A stretch of 64,000 nucleotides of DNA from Octopus vulgaris (Eukaryota): assembly GCA_951406725.2 (NCBI GenBank), contig OX597816.1:51646001-51710000 (forward strand). The letters run 5' to 3'. Of this stretch, positions 43,999-57,842 are shown in pieces (the first letter of the stretch is position 1; every line of letters starts with the position of its first letter). The notes beneath the pieces were generated by a model, which saw nothing but the letters and a program-made list of their open reading frames with translations, made no database searches and was not told where the DNA came from. The translations under genes were made by a program, and so were the position numbers.

Positions 43999-45081
43999 AT
44001 ATATATATATATATATATATATAATGAAGTCAAATCAAATGGTGATGATTAGAATTCATTTCAGACGTACATTTTAAACCTGCGCAATACATAATAGGAA
44101 ATGTATCGATAACCAAAGACCTTTCTCAATTAGCTCATAAATATATACATATAATGATGCATTTGAGAGATAACTGCATGTGATTTATAAAGAGAAGAGT
44201 GTACGATGAGATTCTAAACACGGTCTAATCCATCTGCTGATCGAAATAGTCTCAAATGCCATATCGTCCACAAACATTGCAATCAAATATAATGTAACTA
44301 TGCTTGTAATCGTTGAGAAGCATCTCGTTATATGTAGTTTTCTTTTGCTTCTCGCTAATATAGAAGTGTTATTCCAGATCAGATTAAATAAACTGAGCGC
44401 AAACGAAGCTAGAATTAATTGTTTGACTGAAAGTCACAGACTAATTATCCGTGGTTTCTGGTTCGTTGATCTTCCGTTGACTAATATTTATCTGCAGGAA
44501 ATAACTCTGACTTACCGGCGGGAAAATATAAACAATAATTAAATGAATAATCGAAAACCTTCAACCAAATCAACGCAGAATCGTAAATAAAATCAAGAAT
44601 GATATTGAACTGATTCCAAGGTTGGCAAAAGACAAATATTTGACAGAGATTTTAATGTATTTACATATGATTTTTATAATCTCATTAGTTTCTTTTAAAG
44701 TGATAGACTTTCAAATATAAGTTGATGTGAACTAAAATTTTAAAACCCAGTGTTTCTGACGCATGAACCAGTATATATGCGTGTTTGCATTTGTGTATGT
44801 ACGTATGAGTGTGTGTGTGTGTGTGCACGAATGTAATTTCAGTACGCCTGTACATGTGTGTGTGCTCACGCATGCGTTTACATATAGTACGAATACAGAA
44901 TTAATTGAACATAACTTAGTCGTAATTATTTCGTTACCATCCCGTTTCTGATATCATAGCAAGAAATGTTACGCAATATGCGCGTTTAATTTTCTACGAA
45001 TGTCGCTTCATCAGACTAGCAACAAGTCCCGCGCACTTGCAATGTACGTATGCATAATACATACATACATACGTATATAAA

Positions 45082-45370
45082 CTCGACTCCGTCCGTCACG
45101 AATGGCCATGGGAGCACCTAAGAGGTTCCCCTTTGAGGTACAAGTCTGGGTCGAAACGCGCCTCACCGGCGAACACACAACCTAGGGGCATTTTTTTATA
45201 GAAGACCAGCCTCCCCTCTTCATGCAACTGACGTTATCCAACGGAAGGGCAAAGGCCGATACAGATTGGCACCAGTGACGTCGCAACTCATTCCTACAGC
45301 TGAATGAACTGGAGCAACGTGAAATGAAGTGTCTTGCTCAAAAGCACAACACGCAACCCGGTCCGGGAAT
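45082..45370 (-). mobile_element. 5'-truncated SINE-like repeat
   Basis: Minus strand attcccggaccgggttgcgtgttgtgcttttgagcaagacacttcatttcacgttgctccagttcattcagctgtag resembles a SINE body following a tRNA head. Confidence 0.6.
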
Positions 45371-45379
45371 ATATATATG

Positions 45380-45417
<38 letters not shown>

Positions 45418-45434
45418 GGGAGAGAGAGAGAGAC

Positions 45435-45468
<34 letters not shown>

Positions 45469-45527
45469 GGACGGACGGACGGACGGACAGTGAGACAGAT
45501 AGATAGATAAGTTGATAGATAAGTAGT

Positions 45528-45573
<46 letters not shown>

Positions 45574-45574
45574 T

Positions 45575-45618
<44 letters not shown>

Positions 45619-46349
45619 GTTGATAGATAAGTAGTTAGATAGATAGATAGATATATAGATATATGAACACACACATATGTGTGCTTATGAATAGACAAAT
45701 TCATAAATACACATAAAACCACACGTAATCCATATACATGTACGTGTGTGCAATCCATTCTAACTGAGAACTTCTTTATCTGGTGTTGAGAATTCAATAT
45801 TAGTTGACAATACACACTTCCAAAACCCTTTTATATAATTTCCGCACTAAAGCCTTCAATGATATTTTTCCAATAAAAATTTATATCTGTTACTCATATA
45901 TAAATAACCAATTTTTATAAGACAAACAGACCATTACTGTTTTTGTTGTTTCAGACTGTGGACTATAGCTATTGTAGGATACCAGATGAAGAATTTATTG
46001 GATTGAAGCGACCCCATAACTTACGTAGTAAATCTACATTTGCTATTTTCGCTCTTATTCTACCTCACTCGTTTTACTGAACCCCTATGATACATAGATT
46101 TATATGAACGAATACCAATTTTAAGATGTAGTCAACCTAATGATAATACAGCAAAACTCACACACACACACACACATACACACACACACTCATACACATT
46201 CAACGAGTTTCTGTTTCATTGTATCGAATTAACTAAAAAAAATGAACGGTCGGTCCTCGTCTATCATACACAACGACAGGTTGTCGTGCATTGAAACTGA
46301 ACACAAAACCTTTTGGTTTCAAAATAGATTTCTTCAATACCATGCTATA

Positions 46350-46764
46350 TATTTCGTTTTTGCCCACAAGGGGCCAAACATAGAGGGGGTAAACAAGCAC
46401 TGATAAATGGATTAAGTCGATTATATCGACCCCAGTACGTAACTGGTACTTAATTTATCGACCCCGAAATGATGAAAGGCAAAGTCGACCATGGCGGAAT
46501 TTGAACTCAGAACGTAACGGCAGACGAAATACCTATTTCTTTACTACCCACAATGGTCTAAACACAGAGAGGGCAAACAAGGACAAGCAAACGGATTAAG
46601 TCGATTATATCGACCCCAGTGCGTAACTGGTACTTATTTAATCGACCCCGAAATGATGAAAGGCAAAATCGATCTCGGTGGAATTTGAACTCAGAGCGTA
46701 ACGGCAGACGAAATACCGCAAAGCATTTCGCCCGGGGCGCTAACGTTTCTGCCAGCTCGCCACC
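46350..46764 (-). mobile_element. SINE family B with a partial tandem (1.7-mer) structure and ~21-bp TSD
   Basis: Two copies of gattaagtcgattatatcgaccccagt..aactggtactt; flanks tttcttcaataccatgctata (46329-46349) and tttcttcaatgtcatgctata (46765-46785). Confidence 0.85.
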
Positions 46765-48245
46765 TTTCTTCAATGTCATGCTATAACTGTGTGTATCATA
46801 GAAAATAGTTTAGTAACTGCATTAAATAACAGCATATTTGCCGAATGTACAGTTTATATATTTTGTTTTGTGTACATATTATCGACAGTAATAGCTTTAT
46901 CAAACCTTCGATAACCTTTTTGTTTCAATGTAAGGATGATTTAATTACGACTTTATGTGGCATATAAAGAAACATTTTAATGAAAGGATTAATTTGGGAA
47001 ATGAAACCAATGAATTTCCCAGGAATAAAAGTATTAGACTAAGGATGGGTAGAGGAAAAAAAGGAGAATTTGAAGAAAAGAAAGAGGGCGATATGATGGT
47101 GGAAGTGAGGAAGAAAGTAAAAACATTATATCAGTCAGAAACGTTCAACATTTTTGGCTGCTTAAGTGGGTAAAACTTAATGTAGAAAATTAGTGGCTTT
47201 ATTCAATAACTTATATAAAGACAGAAGTAAGAATTTAGATTTTTATAGAAACACAGTAAATACAAACCTTCCTCAATTGTTTTCTGTCAAACATGGCCGC
47301 TCTGATACTAGCTTTTATGAATGATCACCGCCTGGAGCCGGCTCTGAAATCCTATTACTTTTCAAACGAACTCTAGACTCCAGTTACCGACAATGTGATA
47401 AAAATCAAGGAGCAAATAATACCTAATGCATAACCACTCACGCCTTTTTTTTACGTGATTACGGGAGGTAACACTGTTGTACCAGCCCTCGTGCTATTTC
47501 GGAAAGATCATTTTCTCAAGGTGAGTTCGATCCTCCTGCACATAGATGGTAATATGGTGATCTTTTCACTGGATTTCAATGAAAGCACTGCCTTATCACT
47601 GCTGGCCATTTGTATCTCCCTGAAAGCAGAGCGATCAGATATGGATTTTTTTCGTGTGTCAAGAAGCCTTTTTCAGAATATCTTTCTCATTAGTAGAACA
47701 GCTGTTCCACTATAATTGGGTTCCGGTTCGCAACCGATTCTATGATGAAATGCGCCAGTTTCCTTCCACAAGGAAGGGCGATTACTTGTGTCTGTCAGCG
47801 TGCTATGGATGAATATGTTGCATATGAAGTGAGCGTTAAACGAGTCAGCACAGTGAGAACATTCTCTAACGAAGCTTGCATCCGAAGGGATGTTTACAAG
47901 TGTTTATTGGAAAATGATTGAGTACACAAGTTTGAGAAGTCTGAATGCATTTACCCTTTTCTAGACAGGTGCAAAGAAAATTGGAAATTATTTTTAATTC
48001 TTTTCATGAGAAAGAATGATCTCAGGCACCTACCATTGGAGATGCACTAACGCTCTTTTCGTATCTCCATTTTGTTGTTGATTACCTGTATTTTTACATT
48101 ATATAAGCCTACTTTTTTTATGATATTTCCATTGTCCCCAACGTTCTTGGGGTTTCTCGAAGACAGTAAAAGAAATTATTGTTCTTTCCTTTTCTACTCT
48201 AGGCACAAAGCCCAAGAAGAAGTTATTATTAGTATTGTTATTATT

Positions 48246-48620
48246 GCACGCCGGGCGAAATGCTTAGCGGTATTTCGTCTGCCGCTACGTTCTGAGTTCA
48301 AATTCCGCCGAGGTCGACTTTGCATTTCATCCTTCCGGGGTCGATTAAATAAGTACTAGTTACCCACTGGGGTCGATATAATCGACTTAATCCGTTTGTC
48401 TGTCCTTGTTTGTCCTCTCTGTGTTTAGCCCCTTGTGAGTAGTAAAGAAATAGGTATTTCGACCGTCTTTAGCTTATGAGTTCAAATTCCACCGAAGAAG
48501 ACTTTGCCTTTTATCTTTTCGAGGTCGATAAAATAAGTACAAGTTGAGAACTTGGGTCGATGTAATCGACTGAACCCCTCCCTCAAATTTCAGGCCTTGT
48601 GCCTATTGTAGAAAGAATTA
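48246..48620 (+). mobile_element. SINE family B, 5'-truncated, with a second related unit
   Basis: gcacgccgggcgaaatgcttagcggtatttcgtctgccgctacgttctgagttcaaattccgccgaggtcgactttg is the inverse of 2142-2374. Confidence 0.85.
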
Positions 48621-48635
48621 TTATTATTATTATTA

Positions 48636-48687
<52 letters not shown>

Positions 48688-48689
48688 AC

Positions 48690-48905
48690 AATGCTTTGTA
48701 CTGTAGGTACAAGGCATGGAATTTAGGGGATGAGGCTAGTCGATTACATCGACCCCAGATTTCAACTAGAGCTCATTTTATCGACTTCGAAAGAATGAAA
48801 GGCAAAGTCAACCGCGGCGGAATTTGAACTCAAAATACAGAGTCGGACAAAATGCTGCTAAGCATCTTGCCCGGGATGCTAACAATACGGGCAGCTCACC
48901 GCCTT
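48690..48905 (-). mobile_element. Diverged SINE family B copy
   Basis: tcgattacatcgacccca..gaaaggcaaagtcaaccgcggcggaatttgaactca..cagctcaccgcc. Confidence 0.75.
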
Positions 48906-48947
48906 ACTAATGATAATGATGATGACGACGACGAAGACGACGATGAC

Positions 48948-49009
<62 letters not shown>

Positions 49010-50017
49010 GACCACAAATTCAGCCGTGTTAGATGTTGACACAGTCATAAGAGAGCTTGAGCAAGAACAAACATACAAATATTTAGGGATAAAGGAAGGC
49101 TCTGGTATTCAGCATGCAAGCATGAAAGAGAAGATCAGGAAGGAATGTTATAGGAGAGTTCGTGCAGTCCTGAAATCTGAACTAAATGCACGTAACAAGG
49201 TGTTAGCTATAAATTCCTTAGCAGTTCCAGTTGTTACTTATAGCTACAATGTGTTGAACTGGAATATGAGTGAAGTAAAAAATATAGATAGGAAAATACG
49301 CAAGCTGCTGAGTTGTAATAGGATGCACCACCCAAAGGCAGACGTAGATCGCCTTTACCTTCCCAGAGCCCAAGGAGGTCGAGGCCTGATCCAATTTGAA
49401 CTAGGCATTACAATATCAAAACTGCCGACAAGTGGTATAATCACCACCCTGAGGCTGTAACTGAAGGAGAAAATGTAACCATTCTGTGGGACTTTCCAGT
49501 ACATACAGACCGAACCATCAAGGCCAATAAACCAGATATTGTTGTGAAAGACCAAAACAATAAAGTTTGTTTATTGATCGACATGAGCATCCCCTGTGGT
49601 CATAATATATCAGCGAAAGAGTTTGACAAGCTCAGAAAATATAAAGACCTACTCATTGAAATTGAGAAAATGTGGCATCTCAAGGCGGTTACAATACCAG
49701 TGATCGTAGGAGCACTAGGAATGATCAAGAAGAGAACCGAAAATTATATGAGAATGATCCCTGGCTTACCATCCCTGCAAGAAGTGCAAAAGATTGTCTT
49801 AACTGGTACATCACACGTATTGAGAAGAGCATTGTCGATGTGAGAACTGTTGCTGCTCATGTATTTTAATTTAACTTAAAAAAAAAAAATAAAAAAAATG
49901 AACGAACTATTGAGTTTGGTTTAATGGCCTACCAATGTATACTATGAGTTTCTTTGCCCTAGGAGTCGGGAAGACACTCGGCAAGAAATGGAAGCAAATT
50001 TGAAAGAAGAAAAAAAA
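49010..50017 (+). mobile_element. 5'-truncated, internally deleted R4/Dong-like non-LTR retrotransposon in (TAA)n
   Basis: YKYLGI..RVRAVLKSELNARNKVLAINSLAVPVVTYS..DVDRLYLPRAQGGRGL, then a jump at ~49403 to HYNI..TILWDFPVHTDRTIKANKPDIVV..KYKDL..IPVIVGALG; (TAA)n at 48951-49009 and 50018-50052. Confidence 0.9.
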
Positions 50018-50055
<38 letters not shown>

Positions 50056-51264
50056 AACAGCAACAACAACAATAATAATGATAAAAATTAGTACACTTTC
50101 TTTCGCTATGTGTTTTGTTTAAGCATGACTACTTTAGAAAATGCGAGAATTTTGATATTAATTTAGAATCTTTTGTTAGTATTTCTCTTCTGCAGTTTTG
50201 TACACCGTGAAAATAAATCGTTGATTGTATTCGGTAAATGAGCTGCCAGAAACATATAACAAGAAATTATTTTTGTTTTATTCATCGAAATGATACCGAA
50301 TACTGTCTAGAACGAAATCTTGTTAATAACTTGTCGATCCTTGAATTGAAAACGTTGTACCAAAACATTCAGTGTCTTCAGGCGATTGAAGTGCTATTTT
50401 ATGTGATCATATATTTCAGATTCTAAATTAATATCAAAATTCTTGCATTTGCTAAAGTATTCATGCTTAAAATCTCAAACTGGTATTTTTCTTTTAATTT
50501 TTCTTTTTTACTATTTAGTTATATCTTTACTTTATATTCAGTGAGTATGAAAACTGTTAAAGTCTGCTATGCTTTTCTTGATGTGTGAATATTGCTGTTG
50601 TGTGGTTGTCATATCTCTGTCCAATCTAATAGCGGACGTGATTATGTCGACGCCAATTTTCTATGTTACATATGGGAACTGAAAATTAATCGTGCAAACA
50701 TTGTGAAAATAAGATACATACTGCTTTTGTAATCGTGTATAAATCTAATTTTCCAATGGACATTTAAAAGAAAATACAGATACACAACCATAGTAAATAC
50801 ACACCTATACATAGATAGGGAAAATGTAATCATGTTTGTTTTTCATTATTCTGTTTTTCAAAATCCATGTAACACGAATACATATTCATAGTAAACAAAT
50901 AAAGCATTAAGTATGCATACAGTAACACTGAAAATCACTCATACACACATAAAAACAAAAGAACCACCACTGTCATACTCACACTCTCACACAAATGCTT
51001 CCGTACCTTTACTTCAACAAGGTAAATAGAAAAGATATCATTTTTCATTCATACACTACCGATAACAATCACATGTATACGAATATTAATTGATATAAAG
51101 TGTGCATATTTGTATGTATGAAAATGTAGTGCACTGTTCCAAGTATTGCATCCAATGAGATATAAATATTATTTAATAAACACAGTATATGTATTTATGT
51201 GCTACTATGATTTGTATGTCATTATTAAATAATATATATTGTGTTTAATGAATAATATATATGC

Positions 51265-51336
<72 letters not shown>

Positions 51337-52938
51337 GTAACAGAAAAGGAGGAATTTTGATTATCCCCACGATTATATATAGGAAACACATGCATACACG
51401 GGCGCACAACGAACACACAGCACATACAAGATAAAAGCATTTTCTGCAGTGATGCAAAGAGCCATTAATTTCAAAGAAGGATGAGTTAAGCTGGACTCTG
51501 TATCTAGCTGATATTTATTGTCTACGGAAGAATGAAAAGTAAAGCCGACTTTACTGAACTCAGCGTGAAGTATTCAATGCCACAGAGGTCTTCCTCCTAC
51601 GTAAACTCAATGCCACAAAGTGCTCTCTCCTACGAGTCATCTATATAACCTGTGAAGCATTCAACAATTTTTTTACATAGAACACGATCAATAAAGGGGT
51701 GGGTCGATTATATTAAACCACAGTACTAGAATGGTACTTTATTTAACTAAGCCACAAAAGAAGAATGACAAAGTTGGCATCGGCGGAATTTTACCCAGGA
51801 AGTAAATAGCATGAGCACATGTCATAACACTTTTTAACTTATACTCTAATGATTCTGCCACCCAAATCCCTCCGTCATATTAACTGATTATTTAATAATA
51901 ATAATAATAAAAGAATATATTAGAATTATTGACTCCTTAAGTATAACAAAGTTGAACTGATATAATTTCAAGGCTGATCTTAAAAAGTATAACTCTCATA
52001 CGCCATCATGTCCAGCCTCTACCATTTCTTTCATTCTCGGATTTTTCAGAATCCTAAGTAATAACAAAATGTAATAAATTTTCTGTGAAACTGTTTGGCA
52101 AAATCGCCTACATGTGTAAGAGAGAAGGTTCCTGAATTCACAACATATTATTCATGATTATGTGACCTATTAGAAACAGTAGCTTCATTTTCACCGGTCT
52201 CTTCAAATTACAGTCCCGTGCATTATAGTTACAAAACCTCTTTAATAAAACACTCGATTCATATACAGATTTGGTAGTCAATATCCCTTTCACCATGGGT
52301 TTACTCGGGCACAGCTGACCTGGGGTTAATCAACAACAGTAACAAAGACGACCATATGGACGGACCATTTCAAACTATCTTACGAATTACTAGTAGGCAT
52401 GCACAATGGGGAAAAATAATAAAATGATATCTTCAATTGAACGGCATTTTCTCAATGATAAATACAAAATTGCAATGCAGCACAAATTTTATCAGTATGT
52501 TACAATGAAAGATATGGCCTTCAATTACTCTCAAATCAATGGATATCAGTTGCAAAATAGTAGTTAATTTCATATTTTGTGTGTGCATATTTACCATATG
52601 TACTACTAACTTTTTGAGAAGATATTTTGTGTTGGTACTGATAGGTTAAAGAACACTTGTTCTTTGATATTGCACATACTGCCTTCATGATAAAATAACA
52701 TCTCTCAATGCTCAATCGGCATTTCTGTAAACTGTAAACTTGTCCTTATAGATTTTGAAGATATTACTTTGCTCAAGTGCGTTCTCAGATGTTCTCACAC
52801 ACATCATATCGATTGTTCTTAGAGTAATGTCCATCAATGTTTCTGTTTCATATATATATATATATATATATATATGGGGGTGAGTGTGTGTGTGTGTGCG
52901 TGTATGTGTGCGTGTATGTGTGTGTATGTGTGTGTGTG

Positions 52939-53209
52939 GAGGCGCAATGGCCCAGTGGTTAGGGCAGCGGACTCGCGGTCATAGGATCGCGGTTTCGATT
53001 CCCAGACCGGGCTTTGTGACTGTTTATTGAGCGAAAACCCCCAAAGTTCCACAAGGCTCCGGCAGGTGGTGGTGGCGATCCCTGCTGTACTCTTTCGCCA
53101 CAACTTTCTCATTTCGGGGCGTCATTTGAAGGCTAAAACAATACGAAACGCATTGTGACCAGTGATGTGTAGCAACATCTGATAGCTTGGTCGGTCACAG
53201 TGATCACGA

Positions 53210-53210
<1 letters not shown>
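52939..53210 (+). mobile_element. tRNA-derived SINE (family C head)
   Basis: ggaggcgcaatggcccagtggttagggcagcggactcgcggtc..cgcggtttcgattcccagaccgggc. Confidence 0.8.
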
Positions 53211-53242
<32 letters not shown>

Positions 53243-53358
53243 TTTACCAAAATTTAGATTCAAATGAATATGGTACTTAAGTTAGATGCACCAGAATTTT
53301 GTATGGTGTTATCCATATAAATCAATGGGGTGATTATAATCAAAATAAGCAACATGAA

Positions 53359-53391
<33 letters not shown>

Positions 53392-53393
<2 letters not shown>

Positions 53394-53640
53394 CGCTTTG
53401 CCAAAATATCTCAGGGATTTTGATGCAGTGGAGGTAGATGTTTCTAAGAAACAACTTGATCTCTTGCCATCCAAGGTCCCAGATGAACCAATACCAAGGC
53501 TGGAAACACAAAAGAGGTCAACAGTGTCGAACTCCCTTTCTTCACCAAAACCCAATCGCATAAGTTTGGCCAGTGCATAGGTGATTAGATTGGCGGTGCC
53601 CCAGTATAGCCACAGCCTTACGGCTGAAACGTGTAAAAGA
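53392..53640 (+). mobile_element. 3' end of a CR1/L2-group LINE
   Basis: LPKYLRDFDAVEVDVSKKQLDLLPSKVPDEP resembles the CR1-group ORF2 end (LP..R...FK..LD..L..IPDEP); tail ggcggtgccccagtatagccacagcc..ggctgaaac. Confidence 0.7.
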
Positions 53641-55738
53641 ATATATATGAGGAATCTCTTAACCATTATCAAGCTTGCCGCACGGGGACGTTGGTACAGG
53701 TATCCATTTGGGAGGCGAATACCACGTTAGAAAGATCCAAATTTAAGAGTATTGAGAGAGAGTAAGACTTGTGAGCCCCTGAAATAAAGAATATTCATGT
53801 ACTAACGTGCTGTTGAATATTCCATATGACTGTTCGATATTAGCGTATATGTAAATAAATATGTGTGTGTATGTATATATATATATATATATGTAGCTTT
53901 ATATATATATATATACACACACATACACAGGAACACACACACACACACGTATATATATATATATATACATATAGTTGCGTCAGTGTGTGTGTGTTCGGGG
54001 GTGTGCTTTTGTGTGTAAATGTGTGCGTATTTTTTCGTATGTATGTATACCTGTATGTATATATGTATATATGTATAAAATCAGTTGATATAATTTTTTT
54101 ATGAAGCTTAACCAAAATATTGATGAACTAATAAGGATGATTTTCACGCTTACCAAATATACATAAGGATATGTCTCTTACAACTGGCATATAGTTGATA
54201 TGTGCTTATTTGGAGGTCATTATGAATAATAAAAACAGTCAATTTAAGAAGCTAGAGTGAAATGTAAATAAACACTGGTACAGTGTTATAGCAATTTTAA
54301 AATATCAGTGTGCAGAGATCCATTTTGCCTGTGCGCCTGTGGGTACGCGCACATCTTTATTAATAACACAAGAAATTAATGATCTGGAAGTCATTGTAAT
54401 TTAAGTAATATCGAAATAAATAATCATACTTCAAATATATATATTCAGAGCGTAGATACATGCAAGGAAAGTTGAGGATATTTGGCTATTGAGTCAGAAT
54501 GACTATTTAAAATTAAATGGAATGTAGCCTGTATGGTACTTAGTTCATTTTCAATGACATATTGAAGAAATAAGCATGGAACTTAAGCGTAATCATCGTA
54601 ATGTGTTTATGTCATATTACGTCTTTCATACTATTGGTATTATTCAGAAATGCTCTTCTTGGATTATTCCTGGAGGGCTGATAAGGGAAATGACATAAAA
54701 ACATTCATTAATTAGATTTATAATTACGATAGGTTGCTTTTTTAAACACAGATAACAAAAGTTGATTGGATTTGATGCCGATTTTATGTTTTCAATTCAG
54801 CTAGCTTAAGTCGATGGCATACATTGAAATTAAGATGTACTCAAATTTTGTATTAAAAAAAATTAATTGTTCTTTTGTTAGCATTTTTCAAAGTTGTGCA
54901 AAGTGACATCTACTCTTTTGCAAATAATTAAAAACAGAAGGCTTTCACAGACACCTCATCTCGGCAATACATTCTTAATAGAATTTAGCAAATTGAAGTA
55001 GAAACAAAACAAAATATAAATTAGGTTAAAATATTAATGAACACAATACTAGAAAGCAAGACGAGTAATAAACGCCCAAACAAGATCGTACTCGTAAAAT
55101 TTAAGTACAGAAATAATTTAGAATTGAAAACAAAAGAATAAAACAGTTTACTACAAGTTTTCCTTACAAAATATGAAAATCGAAAGAGATTGAGTGGGAA
55201 ATAAAAATAAAGAAATACAAAGAGTATATGATAGGTCAAAAGATCATCTACAGTAGGTGGAACTAGATATGGCTTGCAGAAAAAAACCCATTAGCCTCAC
55301 AAATTCGATTACCGGTTGATAGATTCAATTTATGGTTGATTCACTTACAGACATAATGCCGTCGGGAAAATTATAAAAAGCACATTTTATCAAATTTTCT
55401 GCATCCTATAGTTCAGACACGTTCTATTGAATTATATACATGCACAATGTTACATGTAAATGTACGTAATGCATTTCTTTAACAACATTATTTCGTATGT
55501 GTTCCTGATAACCTAAAAGCGTAACTACACCAGAGAGCAAACGTATTTTCTATGCATAATAACAAACCTCAGTAAATATAGGTCTCGAGGAATTTATCTC
55601 GACTGTTTGAGATCAAATCACATCGAAGCCAGCTTTGCTGCTCAACTTTTCAAGATAGGCGAAAATGTAAAATGTAGGCTGCTGGGTTGGAGAAATGCTG
55701 AAATACCGTACAGAGCACCTTGCAGCATCTGTTTAGAG

Positions 55739-56107
55739 CAGGAATTCTGGAATATTTCCTTTTTATCTATGGACCTCTTTAAATACTTTTTCACTCTGGT
55801 GGACCCCTATAGCCATGCTATGTTTAAAAACTAGTTTTATAGATACTGCTTTCAAAATTACTTTTTGTTATATCACTTGTTTACTTGTGTAGTTGGAACC
55901 ATGGTTCAAACTACACAAGTTTTAACGTTAGAGAAAGAAACCTACCTGTTTCTTCCAATAAATACACCCGAAGGAAAATCATTTCATGCATGGACACTTA
56001 ATATATACCACTGTGGATCCCCAATTTACTATATTGCTTGACTGGAACCTCAAAATTCTTATATGAACCCATGTGGGGGTCAAGTGGACTCCGGTTTAGA
56101 ATCACTG
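55739..56107. mobile_element. Degenerate hAT-like MITE with an internal palindrome at 55882-55920
   Basis: Ends caggaattct / agaatcactg resemble CAGTGGTTCT-type TIRs; repeated ggacccc-like subterminal motifs; acttgtgtagttggaaccatggttcaaactacacaagt hairpin. Confidence 0.4.
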
Positions 56108-57196
56108 CTTTAAACCTTTCGCATTTTGATATCTTTGGTTTTAGCGAATTGCCCGTAAAGAGTTGACTCCCCACCATATGGGCAACATCAGTTGCGTGAA
56201 GAGTGGAGAATTCTATGCATGAGCATCTGTCAGTCTTCCTAAATATTGACATACATATTCTTGTTTGGGTAATTTCCTAAATACTTCCTAAGCAAGTAAA
56301 GATGTAGTGACCCTGTTATCAATGTAGTATGGAGATTTCGCCAATGTTTCCGACTACATCTGAATAATAATAGCATCAATAATGCTATCCTCATATTCTG
56401 TCATGATTCATGTTTCCTTCCCTCTTCACTGGACTGAGTCAATACATAAATACACACACACATACGTACATACATACATACTTGCATGTATACGCAATCT
56501 AGCTAATGCCAGCAGCATTGACAAGAATAGCAGCCTGTCTCTAGCCTGTGATAACTTCATCTCATCTCACGAAATAGGCTAAACCTTTGCAATGCAGTAA
56601 CAAGAAGTAGCTAGCATATATTTGATCATTAAAAGACGTAAGGATCGCTCTAAAATGTGTCACTTATATCATACCAGTTTGAAATATACCACACATATTA
56701 CCAGAAGCTTTCCAAAAATCGCCGCAAGATAATACCTTCTCATGCAATTAAACTTCATCGGATTTTGTTGATTTCAGCTTCTTGGATATTTTTCATAATT
56801 TTTTTTCCATATTTAAATCCAGGATTGCTTTATAAATTAAATAGATATGTCGCTTATGACATATCCATAGCAAGGGGAATAACTTTAGTCTGTGTTGTTT
56901 TATGACTTCTAATTTAAAGTAATCGACGTCTGTTTTATAAATTAGATGTTATCTATGTATTCCCAGAGAGTGTCACTCCAAATGTTTGGTAGAATTATTG
57001 TAGGTGATGTATGTGCTGCCATCGTTAGTCTTTTCTAATGTTTGTAAACCTGTTTTACGCATTCAGAGCGCTATACACACATATAGATATATACGTGAAT
57101 ACACATACATATATACTCTCATGCACACAAACATATATGTGTGCAGATCTGAGTGTGTGTGAGGCTGCATGCGTGCCTGCGTGTGTTTGTGAGTGT

Positions 57197-57243
<47 letters not shown>

Positions 57244-57307
57244 TGTATATATATATACACATATATGTATAAATGATTGTGTATGTATGTCTACACACAC
57301 ACACAAA

Positions 57308-57530
57308 TCTATATATATAAAACTGAGAATGTGTGTGTGTCTGTCTGTCTGTGTGAATCCCTAAAACTTGAGAACTACACAACCAATTTCATTCAAATTT
57401 TACACACGAGTTACTTAGGATCCATGTAGTGTCATGGGCAAAAAACTCTTTAACTTCCTGCCAAGGGTGAGCCCACAGCAATATCATATCTTCACTATTT
57501 CAGTATTACATATTAAAAATGAAACAAAAC
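57308..57530 (+). mobile_element. Possible Helitron-like 5' end
   Basis: A|TCtatatatataaaactgagaatgtgtg..tctgtctgtctg..ccaatttcattcaaattttacac resembles non-autonomous Helitron 5' termini; no CTRR/hairpin 3' end found. Confidence 0.35.
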
Positions 57531-57556
57531 ATCTCTGTATTGTATGTATATGGATG

Positions 57557-57683
<127 letters not shown>

Positions 57684-57842
57684 GTATATATATATAGATA
57701 TATATGTATACATGTATGTCTAGATGTATATATATATATATATATAGATGTACATGTAATATGTGCACATCTATATATATACACATATATACATGCATAT
57801 ATATATACACGCATACACACACATACATACACACATACATAG

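Noticed and set aside
53240-53365. Hammerhead-like remnant on the minus strand (atatgg..cacca..tggtg..aacttaagta-ccatat); similar case at 59424-59508
   Set aside because: Catalytic core nucleotides are missing or stem I is absent; too degenerate to call
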